IMG/VR virus record: IMGVR_UViG_3300035157_001159
Location: 24,618 to 88,617 of that record
Strand: one strand, 5' to 3'
DNA: 64,000 nt
Origin: a virus
Below are positions 37,088 through 46,477 of the stretch, one piece after another. How positions within the stretch are numbered: the stretch's first letter is position 1; every line of letters begins with the position of its first letter. Below the pieces are notes generated by a model. That model had not been told where the DNA came from. It did not search any database and worked only from the letters and a program-made list of their open reading frames with translations. Both the position numbers and the translations under genes were made by a program.

Positions 37088-37456
37088 ATGGCAATTAATG
37101 ATGACATCAAAATCACTATCAACCTCAATGAGTTGGTAGAAGTAAGAGCAAAACTCTTGACTCAGTATGAAGATTACGCAAATGCGGTAGCAACTGGTGA
37201 GTATCTTGATGAAAATGATATAGATAGAATAGCAGTTAAATTAAGAGATACACTTACTTGGGATTCACTCTGGTTCATGGTAGATGGTGCTATCTTAGAT
37301 TATATGGGATTAAAAGATCCGAATAAAGCTCACTATGGTGAAACTGCTGGTGATGAACCTGCTAAAACGTATGAGAAGAATAGACAACAATTTAAGATGG
37401 TTAAATTGGAATCACCCTCATGGACAATTGAAGTACCTGTGAGGAAGAATAAATGA
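37088..37456 (+). CDS. Hypothetical phage protein
   Basis: ORF after thyX; ATG at 37088 preferred. Confidence 0.7.
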   Translation: MAINDDIKITINLNELVEVRAKLLTQYEDYANAVATGEYLDENDIDRIAVKLRDTLTWDSLWFMVDGAILDYMGLKDPNKAHYGETAGDEPAKTYEKNRQQFKMVKLESPSWTIEVPVRKNK

Positions 37457-37644
37457 TTGCTAAGAAAAAACCAAATCTTGAATATATAAAGGACGTTCCT
37501 CAATGGGAAAAATTGTATCTCAAAGAAATGAGAGGTAGTTTATCTGAACAGCAGATAGAACTTCTTGAAGGGCGAGATATCAAAGCTCATGAAGGAATGA
37601 TCTACGGTCAAATGTATGGTGATTGGAAACGGAGGAGAGAGTAA
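37453..37644 (+). CDS. Hypothetical phage protein
   Basis: 63-aa coupled ORF. Confidence 0.65.
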   Translation: MIAKKKPNLEYIKDVPQWEKLYLKEMRGSLSEQQIELLEGRDIKAHEGMIYGQMYGDWKRRRE

Positions 37645-38006
37645 TGCCTTTATATCCAGTAGTAAACAAAAAAACAGGTGAAGAAAAGGAACTTGTGATG
37701 AAAGTTGCTGAATATGAAAAATGGAGAGAAGAAAATCCTGATTGGGATCGGGATTGGGTGAAAGGAGTAGCTAGTACAAGAAACTTTGCTCGTAATCCTG
37801 AGGATTATAGTTCAGATGCTATCTGTGATGATTTCGCATATGATGATAAAAACGATAGTCTTTCATCTTCACGTTTCTTGACAAAAGATGGTCAAATACA
37901 TGGAAAAAGATTTACTCCACCACCACCTCCAAAATCAGGGGGTCATGATCCTTGGGTAAGACCAAATAGAACACCAACAAGACAACAAGGAGATTCAGTA
38001 AAGTAA
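37644..38006 (+). CDS. Hypothetical protein, paralogue of ORF 38008
   Basis: GGAGG SD; MPLYPVVNKKTGE...W.E.NPDW.RDW. Confidence 0.72.
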   Translation: MPLYPVVNKKTGEEKELVMKVAEYEKWREENPDWDRDWVKGVASTRNFARNPEDYSSDAICDDFAYDDKNDSLSSSRFLTKDGQIHGKRFTPPPPPKSGGHDPWVRPNRTPTRQQGDSVK

Positions 38007-38007
38007 C

Positions 38008-38262
38008 ATGGCAACGTATCCAGTAGTAAACAAAAAAACAGGCGAACAGAAACAAGTCGCAATGAGCATCCATGATTGGTCTAAGTGGTGTGAAGATAAT
38101 CCAGATTGGACTAGAGATTGGTCTGATCCATCAACATTGCCTGGTACTGGTGAAGTTGGTGAATGGAAGGATAAATTGAGAAAGAAAGCACCTGGTTGGA
38201 ATACTATTTTGAAGAGAGCACAAAACGCAGCTCCAAGAAATCCTACTATAAAGCAGGTTTAA
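38008..38262 (+). CDS. Conserved hypothetical protein upstream of phoH
   Basis: MATYPVVNKKTGE...NPDWTRDW...PGWNTILK. Confidence 0.78.
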   Translation: MATYPVVNKKTGEQKQVAMSIHDWSKWCEDNPDWTRDWSDPSTLPGTGEVGEWKDKLRKKAPGWNTILKRAQNAAPRNPTIKQV

Positions 38263-38263
38263 T

Positions 38264-39016
38264 ATGCCCAGAAAAAAGAAGGTTGAACAACCTATCGGGG
38301 TTGGATTGACGACCAAACAAATAAAAAGAAAGAAACCAATTAATACTGATTATCTTGTTGATATTAATCCATTAACAGATAATCAGCAAAGATTGTTTGA
38401 TTCTTATAAAGAGGGAAAGCATCTCATTGCTTATGGTATTGCTGGTACAGGTAAAACTTTTATTACCTTATATAATGCAATAAAAGATGTTCTTTCTACA
38501 GATACTCCATATGAGAGAATCTACTTGGTTCGTTCATTAGTATCTACTCGTGAAATTGGGTTTTTACCTGGTGATCATGAAGATAAAGCAGATATTTACC
38601 AGATTCCATATAAGAATATGGTGAAGTATATGTTCCAGATGCCTTCTGATGCTGACTTTGAGATGCTTTATGGTAACTTAAAGGCACAGGAAAGTATTAA
38701 GTTTTGGAGTACCTCGTTTATTCGTGGAACTACCTTAGATAATGCAATCGTGATTGTTGATGAGTTTCAAAACCTTAATTTCCACGAATTAGATTCTATC
38801 ATCACTCGTGTGGGTGAAAACTCAAAAATTATGTTCTGTGGTGATGCTAGTCAAACTGATTTGACTAAAACAAATGATCGTAATGGTATTGTGGACTTTA
38901 TGACTATCTTGCGTAAAATGCCTTCTTTTGATATAATAGAGTTTGGTGTTGAGGACATTGTTCGTTCTGGACTTGTCAAAGAATATATTATTGCCAAACT
39001 TGAGAACGGAATGTAA
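38264..39016 (+). CDS. phoH: PhoH-like ATPase
   Basis: GIAGTGKT Walker A, IGFLPG, RGTTLD, DEFQN, GDASQTDL, VRSGLV. Confidence 0.96.
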   Translation: MPRKKKVEQPIGVGLTTKQIKRKKPINTDYLVDINPLTDNQQRLFDSYKEGKHLIAYGIAGTGKTFITLYNAIKDVLSTDTPYERIYLVRSLVSTREIGFLPGDHEDKADIYQIPYKNMVKYMFQMPSDADFEMLYGNLKAQESIKFWSTSFIRGTTLDNAIVIVDEFQNLNFHELDSIITRVGENSKIMFCGDASQTDLTKTNDRNGIVDFMTILRKMPSFDIIEFGVEDIVRSGLVKEYIIAKLENGM

Positions 39017-39696
39017 TGTTTAATCATGTTGATTTAGATCTCCAACCTCTTGAAAGAGAGCATATTGATGGAGTTCGTTATTATAAGATTCCTGATGAGG
39101 ATGAACTCGTCAAAATGGTTTCTATTACCTCAGTAACTAGTCATTTTAATAAAGAGATTTTTGTTAAGTGGAGAAAGAGAGTTGGTAATGAAGAAGCAGA
39201 TAAGATCACGAAAGCAGCAACAGGTCGTGGAACCGACATGCATACGCTTACAGAGCATTATCTAAAGAATGAAGATTTGCCTGAAGTGCGTCCCATTTCA
39301 GACTTTTTATTTAAGATTGCCAAGGGTAAATTAAATAAAATAGATAATATATACGCTCTGGAAGGACCGCTATATAGTAAAGAATTAGGTATTGCTGGAA
39401 CTGTTGATTGTATTGCTGAATATGATGGCGAGTTAGCGATAATAGATTTTAAAACATCAAAAAAACCTAAACCACGGGATTGGATAGAACACTATTTTGT
39501 TCAGTGTATGGCATACGGATGTATGTTGTATGAGATGAAAGGAATATCGATTAAAAAACTGGTAATTATTATGGCCTGCGAAAATGGCGAGTGTGTAATT
39601 TATGAAGAACGAGACAAAGCGAAGTACATTAAACTTCTCGGAGAATACATTAACAAATTTGTTAAAGATAAACTGGAACTCTATGGAACCAAATAA
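39016..39696 (+). CDS. PD-(D/E)XK exonuclease
   Basis: RGTDMH, AGTVDC, IIDFKTS, Q..AY. Confidence 0.88.
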   Translation: MFNHVDLDLQPLEREHIDGVRYYKIPDEDELVKMVSITSVTSHFNKEIFVKWRKRVGNEEADKITKAATGRGTDMHTLTEHYLKNEDLPEVRPISDFLFKIAKGKLNKIDNIYALEGPLYSKELGIAGTVDCIAEYDGELAIIDFKTSKKPKPRDWIEHYFVQCMAYGCMLYEMKGISIKKLVIIMACENGECVIYEERDKAKYIKLLGEYINKFVKDKLELYGTK

Positions 39697-39943
39697 AGAA
39701 TTAGAAAAGGCGATAGAGAGCAAGTTTCTCACTCCTCAAAAGTTTGCTATGGAAATCGAAAAGATTGTAGCAGAAGAACAATTTAATTACATTGATGCTA
39801 TATGTTATTATTGCGAATCTAATAATATCGAGGTAGAATCTGTATCTAAACTTATTTCAAAACCTTTAAAAGAAAGATTAAAATGGGATGCTACTCGTCT
39901 TAATTTTATGAAAGCAACTTCTAAAGCTAAATTACCCATATAA
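39683..39943 (+). CDS. gp33: Late transcription coactivator gp33
   Basis: YIDAI..YCE.N.IE.ES..KLISKPLKE.LK..A..LNF; usual position near gp59/gp32. Confidence 0.85.
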   Translation: MEPNKELEKAIESKFLTPQKFAMEIEKIVAEEQFNYIDAICYYCESNNIEVESVSKLISKPLKERLKWDATRLNFMKATSKAKLPI

Positions 39944-40566
39944 TGTCAATACAAACTGCTTTTCCTACTCCAGTTTATTTACAAAAAGCTTCTGATGATC
40001 AGTTTGAAACAATTCAAAAAGAGCTTTGGGATACTTATAATTCATTAGATTTTTATCACAATGAAATTGATAATGATCATGATTTAAGTCTAGGTAAAGA
40101 TGGATCTTTATTTAATGAGAATGTTTTAGAAAGATTTAATTGTACTAATTTTTTAAATTTTATTCACGACAATTTAATGCAGTTTATGAACGAACTGGGT
40201 TATAATGGTAACAGGGAGTATTATGTACTACATTCGTGGTTTACTAGAACTCTTAAAGGACAACATGCTCCTTTACATGATCATGGCAGCATTGATATTT
40301 CTGGAGTTTATTACCTACAAACTAATAAAAAAGATGGTGATTTGATATTTTATAGTCCTAATAGGAGCTTAGTTTCTAGTTTTTTATATTCTATTATGGA
40401 TGGGACACAAGGATTGTCACCAGAAGAAGGATTACTTGCTTTTTGGCCAGGATTGTTGTATCATACTACTGAAACAAATATGACTGATAGTGAGCGTATT
40501 AGTGTAAGTTTCAATATTCAAATAACTAGAGACGGATTTACTTTAAAAAATGCCAACACAGATTGA
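39943..40566 (+). CDS. Putative 2OG-Fe(II) oxygenase (HxH type)
   Basis: HDHG, ISGVYY, WPGLLYH, RISVSFN. Confidence 0.83.
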   Translation: MSIQTAFPTPVYLQKASDDQFETIQKELWDTYNSLDFYHNEIDNDHDLSLGKDGSLFNENVLERFNCTNFLNFIHDNLMQFMNELGYNGNREYYVLHSWFTRTLKGQHAPLHDHGSIDISGVYYLQTNKKDGDLIFYSPNRSLVSSFLYSIMDGTQGLSPEEGLLAFWPGLLYHTTETNMTDSERISVSFNIQITRDGFTLKNANTD

Positions 40567-40747
40567 TTTATTACATCACCGACTACAGGCAATTTTGCGT
40601 GATTATAATATGCCTGATCTTGAGTATATTGGAGAACGAAAGAGTTGGAAAAGTGGTGAAATGGTACATTGGTATCGTATAGGAAAAGCAGAAGTTCCTA
40701 TTGATGCTATAACTGAATTTGATACGGAGGAAAACGATGAAGACTAG
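40550..40747 (+). CDS. Hypothetical phage protein
   Basis: 65-aa ORF overlapping both neighbours. Confidence 0.6.
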   Translation: MPTQIDLLHHRLQAILRDYNMPDLEYIGERKSWKSGEMVHWYRIGKAEVPIDAITEFDTEENDED

Positions 40748-41654
40748 AATAGCAGGTGCTCAAATCCCAGTGGGTAGTGATATTGAAATTAATAAAAAGG
40801 AGATATTTAAAGCACTTGATTGGGCAAAGGAGAATAAGGTAGATCACATATTAACTCCAGAAGGATCATTGTCTGGATATTGTACTGATTGGAAGCAGAA
40901 ACTACCTCAATTATTTGAGTCTTTACGTGAAGTTGAAGAACATCAAAGGAAATGTGGAGTAGGTTTACATTTAGGAACTAATTTTCAAGAAAGGGAAGGT
41001 AGAGGTGATATTTTTAAGAATCAAATTAGACATTATAACCATAAAGGACATTTTCAAGGTGCTACAAATAAAACTTTTGTTTTAGGTGATGAAGGTGTTT
41101 TGGGAAGAGACAATGATGAGGAACCTATGGTTTCTTTTCCAATATATCATAACTCTACAAATTTAGTTTTATCTGGTGGAAATCCAACTCCTGACGCATT
41201 TGCCGTTGGTTTAATATGTAATGATATGTGGGGTGCTAATGATTTAGATGAAAGAGCTCTTGTACTTCAAATTTCTGGTGATCATCCTGAGATACAGTTA
41301 ATTATGCATTCTACTAATGGTAGAAAATTTGAGGATCATGACTTTAGATGGGATATTTTTAATAATTGGCATAATAGTGTTTTAAGATTAACATCTATGT
41401 TTGTATATCCTATTCTTACAGTTGATTCTTGTACTCCTTGGGATTGGGATGGTAGTGAGGATACTATTGAGAAATATAGAACTTCTAGTCAAAGTGGTGT
41501 TGTTGATTTTACTGGTTGGTTAACTGACGTTCCTAACAGAGGTCGTCAATATTTCTACCATGATTTGGATATATCATCAATATATGCTAGTAGAATGGAT
41601 AAATTCTTTAAAGACAACGACATAGAACCTTTTCATTATGACTTCGACAATTAG
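40737..41654 (+). CDS. Carbon-nitrogen hydrolase (nitrilase superfamily), copy 1
   Basis: RIAGAQ, TPEG (E), TNKT (K), ICND (C); GGAGG SD before the ATG at 40737. Confidence 0.82.
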   Translation: MKTRIAGAQIPVGSDIEINKKEIFKALDWAKENKVDHILTPEGSLSGYCTDWKQKLPQLFESLREVEEHQRKCGVGLHLGTNFQEREGRGDIFKNQIRHYNHKGHFQGATNKTFVLGDEGVLGRDNDEEPMVSFPIYHNSTNLVLSGGNPTPDAFAVGLICNDMWGANDLDERALVLQISGDHPEIQLIMHSTNGRKFEDHDFRWDIFNNWHNSVLRLTSMFVYPILTVDSCTPWDWDGSEDTIEKYRTSSQSGVVDFTGWLTDVPNRGRQYFYHDLDISSIYASRMDKFFKDNDIEPFHYDFDN

Positions 41655-42516
41655 AATAGCAGGTGCTCAAATTCCAGTAGGATCGAATATTGAGGTCAAT
41701 AAAAAAGAGATATTTAAAGCACTTGATTGGGCAAAGGAGAATAAGGTAGATCACCTATTAACTCCAGAAGGAGCTCTTTCTGGATATCATACTGGTTGGA
41801 AAAATAATTTTACTGTATTATCCAATGCTTTATCTGAGATAGAGAGTTATCAAAAAAAATCTGGAGTATTTCTTCATCTTGGTACATATTTTAAAGAGCG
41901 TGAAGTGGGTGGTGATATTTTTAGAAATCAGATAAGACATTATCATACTACTGGAGGATCATTAATTACAAATAAAACTTATGTTACTAAACCTGATGAA
42001 GGTGTTATTGGTAGAGATGAGGATGATAGTATACGTGGTATACCTTTATCAGATAATTCAAATTTCTTTGCGGTTGGCATGATATGTAATGACATGTATC
42101 AAAAAAGCACAACTGATTTATCATCAATAATACATGAATTGAGAGGAAAAGATCAGGACGGTTTGAGGTTAATTCTACATGCCACTAATGCTAGAAAGTT
42201 TGCTGAAAATGATTTTAGATGTGAATCATTTTTTAATTGGCATAATAGTCTATTATGGATGTCTAGCATATATTCTAAAATTCCTATTCTTACAGTTGAT
42301 TCTTGTACTGCTTGGGATTGGGATGGCAGTGAGGATACTGTTGATAAATATAAAACTTCCAGTCAGAGTGGAGTAGTTGATTACTTAGGATGGAAAACCA
42401 ATGTACCAAGAACAGGACGTCAATATTTTTATCATGATATTGACATTTCTGAATTACCAGTACATAAGGTGTTAAAATACTGTGAAGAAAACAATTTACC
42501 ATATTGGGACTATTGA
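41638..42516 (+). CDS. Carbon-nitrogen hydrolase, copy 2
   Basis: Same E-K-C triad motifs. Confidence 0.82.
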   Translation: MTSTIRIAGAQIPVGSNIEVNKKEIFKALDWAKENKVDHLLTPEGALSGYHTGWKNNFTVLSNALSEIESYQKKSGVFLHLGTYFKEREVGGDIFRNQIRHYHTTGGSLITNKTYVTKPDEGVIGRDEDDSIRGIPLSDNSNFFAVGMICNDMYQKSTTDLSSIIHELRGKDQDGLRLILHATNARKFAENDFRCESFFNWHNSLLWMSSIYSKIPILTVDSCTAWDWDGSEDTVDKYKTSSQSGVVDYLGWKTNVPRTGRQYFYHDIDISELPVHKVLKYCEENNLPYWDY

Positions 42517-42519
42517 ATT

Positions 42520-43506
42520 ATGACCAAAGACACAATTAGATTAGCAGGTGCTCAAATTCCAGTAGGCACAAATATACAATCTAATAAAAAGGAAATACTA
42601 AAAGCACTTGATTGGGCAAAGGAAAATAAAGTTGATTTCCTTTCAACACCTGAAGGATCTTTATCTGGGTATGCTAATGATTGGGTAAGTAATCTTGATG
42701 AATTAAAGGATGCTGAAAAAGAGGTTAAAGATCATCAAAGAAAATGTGGTGTAAATCTCTTTATGGGAACTTGTTTTAGAGAAGAGGAACCTGCAGGATT
42801 ACTTAATCGAAATATGATTAGATTCTACAATAGATGGGATAATGAAAATAATCCTGATAATCTTCCACTAATGATATTGAAGACTTATTGTATTCCTCAT
42901 GATAATTGTATACGTAGGAATGCAGATCAAGGAATACAAAGTTTCTTTATTCCTAGTGGTAAAGATTTTACAGATGGGATGCCACTTAAATGTGCTGGTA
43001 TGATCTGTAATGATATGTGGGGTGCTATAGAAGAGGTTGGAACCCCTCTTAATGAATTATTAATTAATGAAGATTTGGATTTGATATTTCATTGTACAAA
43101 TGGTATAAAATTTAGTCCATCTGATAAACGACAGGAATCCTTTGATGCTTATCATAATGGTTTTTTAAGAATGACTGCTTTAAAAACTTTAGCTACAATT
43201 GTTACAGTTGATTCTTGTACTACATGGTGGTGGGATGGTAATGAGGAAGATGTTGATTATTGTATAACTTCTAGTGAAAGTGGAGTTCTTGATTTTACTG
43301 GTTGGAAAACTAATGTACCAAGAACAGGACGTCAATATTTTTATCATGATTATGAGTATCAAATTAGAGGTAGGGAAAGATTTGATATCTATGATAGAGA
43401 ATTGCGAAATGATCCAGCGTATGGTTCTAAATTATGGGGTAAATTTAATCCCGAATCTAATCATTCCTTCCCATATTCTACTGATGCTTTTTATAATAGG
43501 TTATGA
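42520..43506 (+). CDS. Carbon-nitrogen hydrolase, copy 3
   Basis: TPEG, LKTY, ICND. Confidence 0.8.
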   Translation: MTKDTIRLAGAQIPVGTNIQSNKKEILKALDWAKENKVDFLSTPEGSLSGYANDWVSNLDELKDAEKEVKDHQRKCGVNLFMGTCFREEEPAGLLNRNMIRFYNRWDNENNPDNLPLMILKTYCIPHDNCIRRNADQGIQSFFIPSGKDFTDGMPLKCAGMICNDMWGAIEEVGTPLNELLINEDLDLIFHCTNGIKFSPSDKRQESFDAYHNGFLRMTALKTLATIVTVDSCTTWWWDGNEEDVDYCITSSESGVLDFTGWKTNVPRTGRQYFYHDYEYQIRGRERFDIYDRELRNDPAYGSKLWGKFNPESNHSFPYSTDAFYNRL

Positions 43507-44099
43507 AAGTGACACCGTTTGAGACTTATCGCACATACTTATCAATGAAAAGTCATTTTACTAACCCAAAATATGACTTTATTAAGTACGGTGGCAAATC
43601 TCGTGCTACAATAACATCATTCAATAAGAGGAAAGATAAGTATTGGTTTGAGAAGACTTCTAGGAAGTATTCAGATCAAGAAGTAATAGATTTTCTTTTA
43701 TCAAATTTCGTAAACGCTACTAACCCACAAAACTTATGGATTGGAGAAATTATCAATTCTGGAGAAAGAACATACGCAGAATGGAAAATGAGGCAACAGA
43801 GTTTGACGTATATGTTCAAGGAACAATCAGAGAACTTACTTTCAGACAACGACTTAGAGAAAGTATTCAGTTGCTCGAAGGGACATCCACTAGTACTAAA
43901 AAAGTATCTGGGTGGAGAGATTTCGTTAGAGACACTTTCTATTCTGGAAAGAATTTTCTCTTTCCAGAAAAATTTTGATAAGAAATTAACTGATCCTGTA
44001 TGGGAAACCGTAAGTATGAAATTGAAAAAGTATTTACCTTTCCTAAATATTAATGTGTTCCAATTCAAAAAAATCTTAAGGGGAATTGTAAATGAGTGA
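43503..44099 (+). CDS. gp59: Helicase loader gp59
   Basis: Y..YLSMKSHFT..KYDF.KYGGK...SFNKRKDKYWFEK; adjacent to gp32. Confidence 0.9.
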   Translation: MKVTPFETYRTYLSMKSHFTNPKYDFIKYGGKSRATITSFNKRKDKYWFEKTSRKYSDQEVIDFLLSNFVNATNPQNLWIGEIINSGERTYAEWKMRQQSLTYMFKEQSENLLSDNDLEKVFSCSKGHPLVLKKYLGGEISLETLSILERIFSFQKNFDKKLTDPVWETVSMKLKKYLPFLNINVFQFKKILRGIVNE

Positions 44100-44424
44100 T
44101 TTTTTTAAATCTAACATTGTACGAGAAGAACTTGAGGATATTAACAGATTACAAGCTGTTATATATGAAGATTCGCAGAACTATGTTTCATTGAATCGTG
44201 ATGAGAAAGTGGAACACATTGAGAATCTAACTGAATTGTTAGAGAAGCAGAGGGTTATGTATACAAGGTTATCCTTGTCTCAAGATCCTCAAGCTATGAA
44301 AATGAAATCTGATTTGGAACAATCAGTTACCTTATTGGGATTCCCAAAAGGTACTGACATATCCGTATTATTCAGTGGTATGACACAAACAATCGAATCT
44401 CTTAAAGAGAGAATTGACGATTGA
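44092..44424 (+). CDS. Conserved cyanobacterial/cyanophage protein (DUF1825-like)
   Basis: FFKS.IVREEL...LLEKQRVMYTRLSLS.DP.A..MK. Confidence 0.7.
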   Translation: MSDFFKSNIVREELEDINRLQAVIYEDSQNYVSLNRDEKVEHIENLTELLEKQRVMYTRLSLSQDPQAMKMKSDLEQSVTLLGFPKGTDISVLFSGMTQTIESLKERIDD

Positions 44425-44442
44425 TCAAATCTTTGTTATAAT
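44414..44442 (+). promoter_or_regulatory. Sigma70-like early promoter for gp32
   Basis: TTGACG-N17-TATAAT with extended -10 TG. Confidence 0.8.
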
Positions 44443-44486
44443 AAAATCAAATCCAATTAAATCCAAATTAATCCGAGGAAATCCAA

Positions 44487-45380
44487 ATGTCTTTTGCATC
44501 TTTAAAGAAGCAATCCAAACTGGGCTCTCTTACCGCTAAACTGGTAAAAGAAGTCGAAAAGATGAGTAACACTGGCGGTCAAGGTGATGATCGTCTATGG
44601 AAATTAGAAGTAGACAAAGGCGGTAACGGTTATGCTGTTATTCGTTTTCTACCTGCACCAGATGGTGAAGATCTACCATTTGTAAAACTATACTCCCATG
44701 CCTTCCAAGGTCCTGGTGGTTGGTACATTGAAAACTCCCTTACTACTTTGGGGCAAAAAGATCCAGTATCTGAGTACAACTCACAACTCTGGAACAATGG
44801 AACAGACGCAGGTAAAGATACTGCTCGTAAGCAGAAGCGTAAGCTAACTTACATCAGCAATATCTACGTTGTAAAAGATCCAGCAAATCCTGAAAACGAA
44901 GGTAAGACATTCTTATACAAGTATGGTAAGAAGATCTTTGATAAACTAACTGCAGCAATGCAGCCTGAGTTTGAGGATGAGGAAGCAATCGATCCATTCG
45001 ATTTCTGGCAAGGTGCTAACTTCAAGTTGAAGGCAAAGAACGTTGCTGGTTATCGTAACTACGACTCTTCTGAGTTCGCTGCCACTAGTGCTTTACTAGA
45101 TGATGACGATGCGATGGAAGCAGTCTGGAAGAAGGAGCATTCCTTAGCAGAATTGGTTGCTGCCGATCAGTTCAAGTCATACGATGAACTCAAGACTCGT
45201 CTTGGTTATGTTCTTGGTAATAAGCAAGTTCGTAACGATGCTGAAACTGTAGAGCAAGAAGTTGAAGATGTGAGAGCATCTGCTCCTGTTGCTGAGACAG
45301 TAGAATCTGTATCTAAAGCATCTGCTTCAGATGATGACGATGACGCATTATCATACTTTGCTAAATTAGCGGAAAGTTAA
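44487..45380 (+). CDS. gp32: Single-stranded DNA-binding protein gp32
   Basis: DDRLWK, GNGYAVIRFLP, WYIENSLTT, YGKKIFDK, acidic C-terminus. Confidence 0.96.
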   Translation: MSFASLKKQSKLGSLTAKLVKEVEKMSNTGGQGDDRLWKLEVDKGGNGYAVIRFLPAPDGEDLPFVKLYSHAFQGPGGWYIENSLTTLGQKDPVSEYNSQLWNNGTDAGKDTARKQKRKLTYISNIYVVKDPANPENEGKTFLYKYGKKIFDKLTAAMQPEFEDEEAIDPFDFWQGANFKLKAKNVAGYRNYDSSEFAATSALLDDDDAMEAVWKKEHSLAELVAADQFKSYDELKTRLGYVLGNKQVRNDAETVEQEVEDVRASAPVAETVESVSKASASDDDDDALSYFAKLAES

Positions 45381-45505
45381 TGAAAATCAAGCCTCTTAAA
45401 CATTGTCGATTATCCCAGATGAAGTTCTTCTACTGGGATCCGAAAGATGATCCAAGAGAGCCTGAATACTGGGAAGACTCACCTTCGGGTGGGTCTTTTT
45501 TATGA
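45380..45505 (+). CDS. Possible 41-aa peptide coupled to gp32
   Basis: TAATG coupling; MKIKPLKHCRLSQMKFFYWDPKDDPREPEYWEDSPSGGSFL*. Confidence 0.4.
   Translation: MKIKPLKHCRLSQMKFFYWDPKDDPREPEYWEDSPSGGSFL
45475..45501 (+). terminator. Rho-independent terminator with cUUCGg tetraloop
   Basis: AGACTCACC-TTCG-GGTGGGTCT-TTTTT. Confidence 0.88.
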
Positions 45506-45610
45506 TAAGACGAATAAATTTTTTAAAGGATCATCTCCCAATTTATCCTTCAAGGTGTTAACTAGTTTTTCGTATTTCTTTGGAATTATTAACATTTTAG
45601 TCTTTTTCAT
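45500..45610 (-). CDS. Possible 36-aa basic peptide
   Basis: MKKTKMLIIPKKYEKLVNTLKDKLGDDPLKNLFVLS*; minus-strand AATAAATA at 45633-45640. Confidence 0.35.
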   Translation of the reverse strand: MKKTKMLIIPKKYEKLVNTLKDKLGDDPLKNLFVLS

Positions 45611-45748
45611 GACAGAAAACTTTAATTAAGATTATTTATTGACCAGTTTTTTCATTTTAAAAAACCTATATTGAAAGCAATATGAGTTGAATATAGGTTT
45701 TGTAGGTTTTTTGTAGATTTTGTGTTCTTTTGAACACATTACTTAATA

Positions 45749-46477
45749 TTAATTAACTAAAGTAGTATTTTCTGTTGTAATTAAATTTTTGCTAATATAT
45801 TGAGAATTTCTATCATAGAACATAATTCTTCTAAATTCCTCTACGAATTGTTGTAGATATACTGGTTTTAGTACATTAATTTGTCGTTTCTCTTCATTTA
45901 AACGATCTTCATATTCATAATTACTAATTCCAACAGCGATTGTATTTAATAAATCGGATGCTGATCCACCTAGAGTATTTTGTGATAATGGTAGAGATCC
46001 ACTCTCTCTTATTGCTTTCCATTGAGTACCTACAGGAAATTGACTTCCTGGACCATTTATTTTAAAAGTCTCATCCACAGTTAATCCTGCTGGTAGGATT
46101 AGTCTATTCCATTGATCTCTTACTTCTACTGTTTCATAATGGTGTAAAGCATTTAATTCTTCACCATATTTTTCTGAAGCATATTCATATAGAAAATGAT
46201 TGGATAGTGGCCATTGATCTCTTATATTTGTTATTCCAGCAGATAAAATAACAACATAATCTAATTCTGAATTATTATATAATTCTTTTGCCACAGTATC
46301 TGGTCTTTCACCTTCATAAATTTGATACTTATTATATAAGGATACATTGTCAGATATTGAATTAAGTATTTTAATTCTTCTGAATATATTCTTAGCAATA
46401 ACATATTCTTGTGAAGATCTCTTCTCAATTAATCTTGAAGATACTGCTACGTTTGGTAACTCTCTAAAATATCCCAT
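45749..46477 (-). CDS. gp53: Baseplate wedge subunit gp53
   Basis: YFRELP, GERPDTVA.ELY, WPLS, HHYET, NEEKRQI.VLKP. Confidence 0.9.
   Translation of the reverse strand: MGYFRELPNVAVSSRLIEKRSSQEYVIAKNIFRRIKILNSISDNVSLYNKYQIYEGERPDTVAKELYNNSELDYVVILSAGITNIRDQWPLSNHFLYEYASEKYGEELNALHHYETVEVRDQWNRLILPAGLTVDETFKINGPGSQFPVGTQWKAIRESGSLPLSQNTLGGSASDLLNTIAVGISNYEYEDRLNEEKRQINVLKPVYLQQFVEEFRRIMFYDRNSQYISKNLITTENTTLVN

Noticed and set aside
38200-38263. Pho box upstream of phoH
   Set aside because: No intergenic space and no convincing tandem repeat
39016-39696. Cas4/CRISPR system
   Set aside because: Ordinary phage PD-(D/E)XK exonuclease lacking the Cas4 four-Cys cluster pattern; no repeat-spacer array seen in the window
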